Shown here one piece after another: positions 62,190 through 64,000 of a stretch of DNA of 64,000 bases (position 1 is the stretch's first letter; each line of letters opens with the position of its first letter). Under the pieces are notes generated by a model. That model was not told where the DNA came from, searched no databases, and saw only the letters and a list, made by a program, of their open reading frames with translations. The stretch comes from Ramazzottius varieornatus (Eukaryota; Animalia; Tardigrada). The stretch lies in contig BDGG01000001.1 of NCBI GenBank assembly GCA_001949185.1, forward strand, positions 8,564,721-8,628,720, read 5' to 3'. A program made the translations under genes and the position numbers.

Positions 62190-64000
62190 GTAGTCTTTAC
62201 CTCTCCGAGGTGTCCGGCTTCAGTAGCGTCGTGTGCTGCTGTGACAACTGCCTTCCGCATTGTCCGGTATTCACTGCATCTTGATTACTTCAGTACCCTC
62301 GGTACGCTTTCGATGCAGTACTCCATTCACTAAACAAAACTGCTCGCTCATCTTCGTTTCTTTCCGAGTTTTCGCTGGCGTATCGCCACTGATCACGTCA
62401 ATCACTTTCTTGAGATACGCATCTCCCTCCTGTCTTTGGCGCATGTCTTCTGGACTCCTTGGGATCTCGTCCTCCAGGTCCAACACTTGCGTCCTTCCAA
62501 GGCTTCTTGGAATTCCTTTCGTTTTTGTTTCTCCTTCGGCTCACTTTCGCAGGTTTCTCTTTAGTCACATTCACCCCAAAACCATCATTCACAAATATCA
62601 CTCCTGTCCATCCTGACGGCGTCGGATTCCTCTTCCAGACCGGCATGCAGTGCACTTCAGCGGTCTCTTCTTTAGCTTTCGTCACTTCCACTTCCGTTTC
62701 TTCACCAGTATCCCGACATTCGCAACTTTCCTGCAGCGAAATTGCGTCGTCGTAGACTCCATAATCTGGCATCTGACACTCCTCATTGTAGTCCCTACTT
62801 GCGTCCAAGTAGAAAATGCGCCGAATCGGTCGTCTTCTTCGGAGTTTGGCGGGTCGCCTACCGGATGCCGAGAGATGGCGTCAGCATCGGTATGCAAATT
62901 CCCTTTCTTGTACACGAATTTGAAGTCAAAATTGACCATGTCCATGAGCCATTTGTTGATCGGTCTGCTTTCCGTCTCGGTCTCCCTTCCACGCCGTAAC
63001 ATGGATACAAGTGGCATGTGGTCGGTTACGACCGTAAATGGCGTACCTTCCAGAAAACGGCGGAACTTCTGAATGCAGTATAAGATCGCTAAGCATTCCA
63101 GCTCAATTGCACTAAACCGCTTCTCCGCTTTGTTCAACGCTCGACTTTTGCTTCCCACAATCTGTCCCTCCTGTAGAAGTATTCCTCCAATGCCCAATCC
63201 CGAAGCGTCAGTCCGAAGAACACGAGGCTTTGTGGGGTCGAAATGGGTAATCAAACGGTCCGTTGAGATTATATCCTTCAGTTTCAGAAACGCTTGCTCC
63301 TCCGCTTCAGGTCCGCGTTGAGTTTCAACTTCTACTGCAAAGGTGCCGTTAACATTACGAAATTCGGGATGAATGCGCGGTAGAATCCAGCCAATCCTAC
63401 GGAACCCCATAAGTCAGCGACTGTCCTGGGTCATGGGTACTTCGCGAGTGCACTGATCCTGTCTGGGTCAATCTTGTGTCCTTCTCCGCTAAGAATATGT
63501 CCGAGGTAACGAATTGCACGTTGACCAAAGAAACATTTCTCCGGGTTGATAGTGAGTCCATGTTGGGCGAGTCGCTCGAGAACTTCCTGCATGTTGGCCA
63601 TGTATTCCTCGTACGTCTCCCCGAAGACAATAATATCGTCTATATGCACAAAACACTCCTTCCAGACAAGGCCTTCCAGAGCGTGCATCATAGCCCGCTG
63701 AAACGTGGCTGGTGCATCGCAAAGACCAAACGGCATACGTATGAACTCAAACAGTCTCATGCTGCAGCTGAAAGCAGTTTTCGCTTGGTCGTCAGGATGA
63801 ACCGGTATTTGATAGAAACCATTCGCCAAATCCAGGGTCCCGAAATACTTTGCTTTCCCAATCGAATGCATGATATCGTCGATGATCGGAAGTGGAAAAC
63901 TGTCCTTCACTGTCATGTTATTAAGCTTCTGGTAATTCACACAGAGCCTCAGCTTGTCTGTTCCTTTCTTCGGCACGAGTACTACCGGCGCCGACCATGG
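62190..64000 (-). pseudogene. Ty3/Gypsy LTR retrotransposon pol fragment (RT, RNase H, start of integrase zinc finger); runs off the window
   Basis: PWSAPVVLVPKKG..LRLCVNYQKLN, TLDLANGFYQI, MPFGLCDAPATFQ, HIDDIIVF; RNase H TDASGLGIGGIL, ELECLAI, VVTDH; AHDATEAGHLG; frameshifts. Confidence 0.92.

Overview
Metazoan (invertebrate-type) genomic DNA made almost entirely of nested, mostly decayed mobile elements, with one apparently intact spliced host gene. In order: the 3' end of a DIRS/Ngaro-type tyrosine recombinase ORF; hAT and Tc1/pogo MITEs; CRE-clade (RT + restriction-like endonuclease) non-LTR fragments; a degraded KDZ/CxC-type transposase; and a ~10 kb decayed Polinton/Maverick (adintovirus-like) endogenous virus. 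That element contains a packaging ATPase, core proteins, integrase, penton, double-jelly-roll major capsid and protein-primed PolB, and is interrupted by hAT, MULE and MITE insertions. After it come three CR1/L2-group LINE copies, pogo elements, a two-exon GT32 (DXD) glycosyltransferase plus a frameshifted paralogue, and a Ty3/Gypsy pol running off the window end. The most striking observation is a divergent, intronless, two-repeat TATA-binding-protein (TBP) homologue lying head-to-head with the Polinton ATPase. It retains both Asn and all four DNA-intercalating Phe positions, which suggests a Polinton lineage carrying its own basal transcription factor. No prokaryotic features or CRISPR arrays are evident. 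Family assignments come from motif recognition by eye, and boundaries of decayed fragments are approximate.
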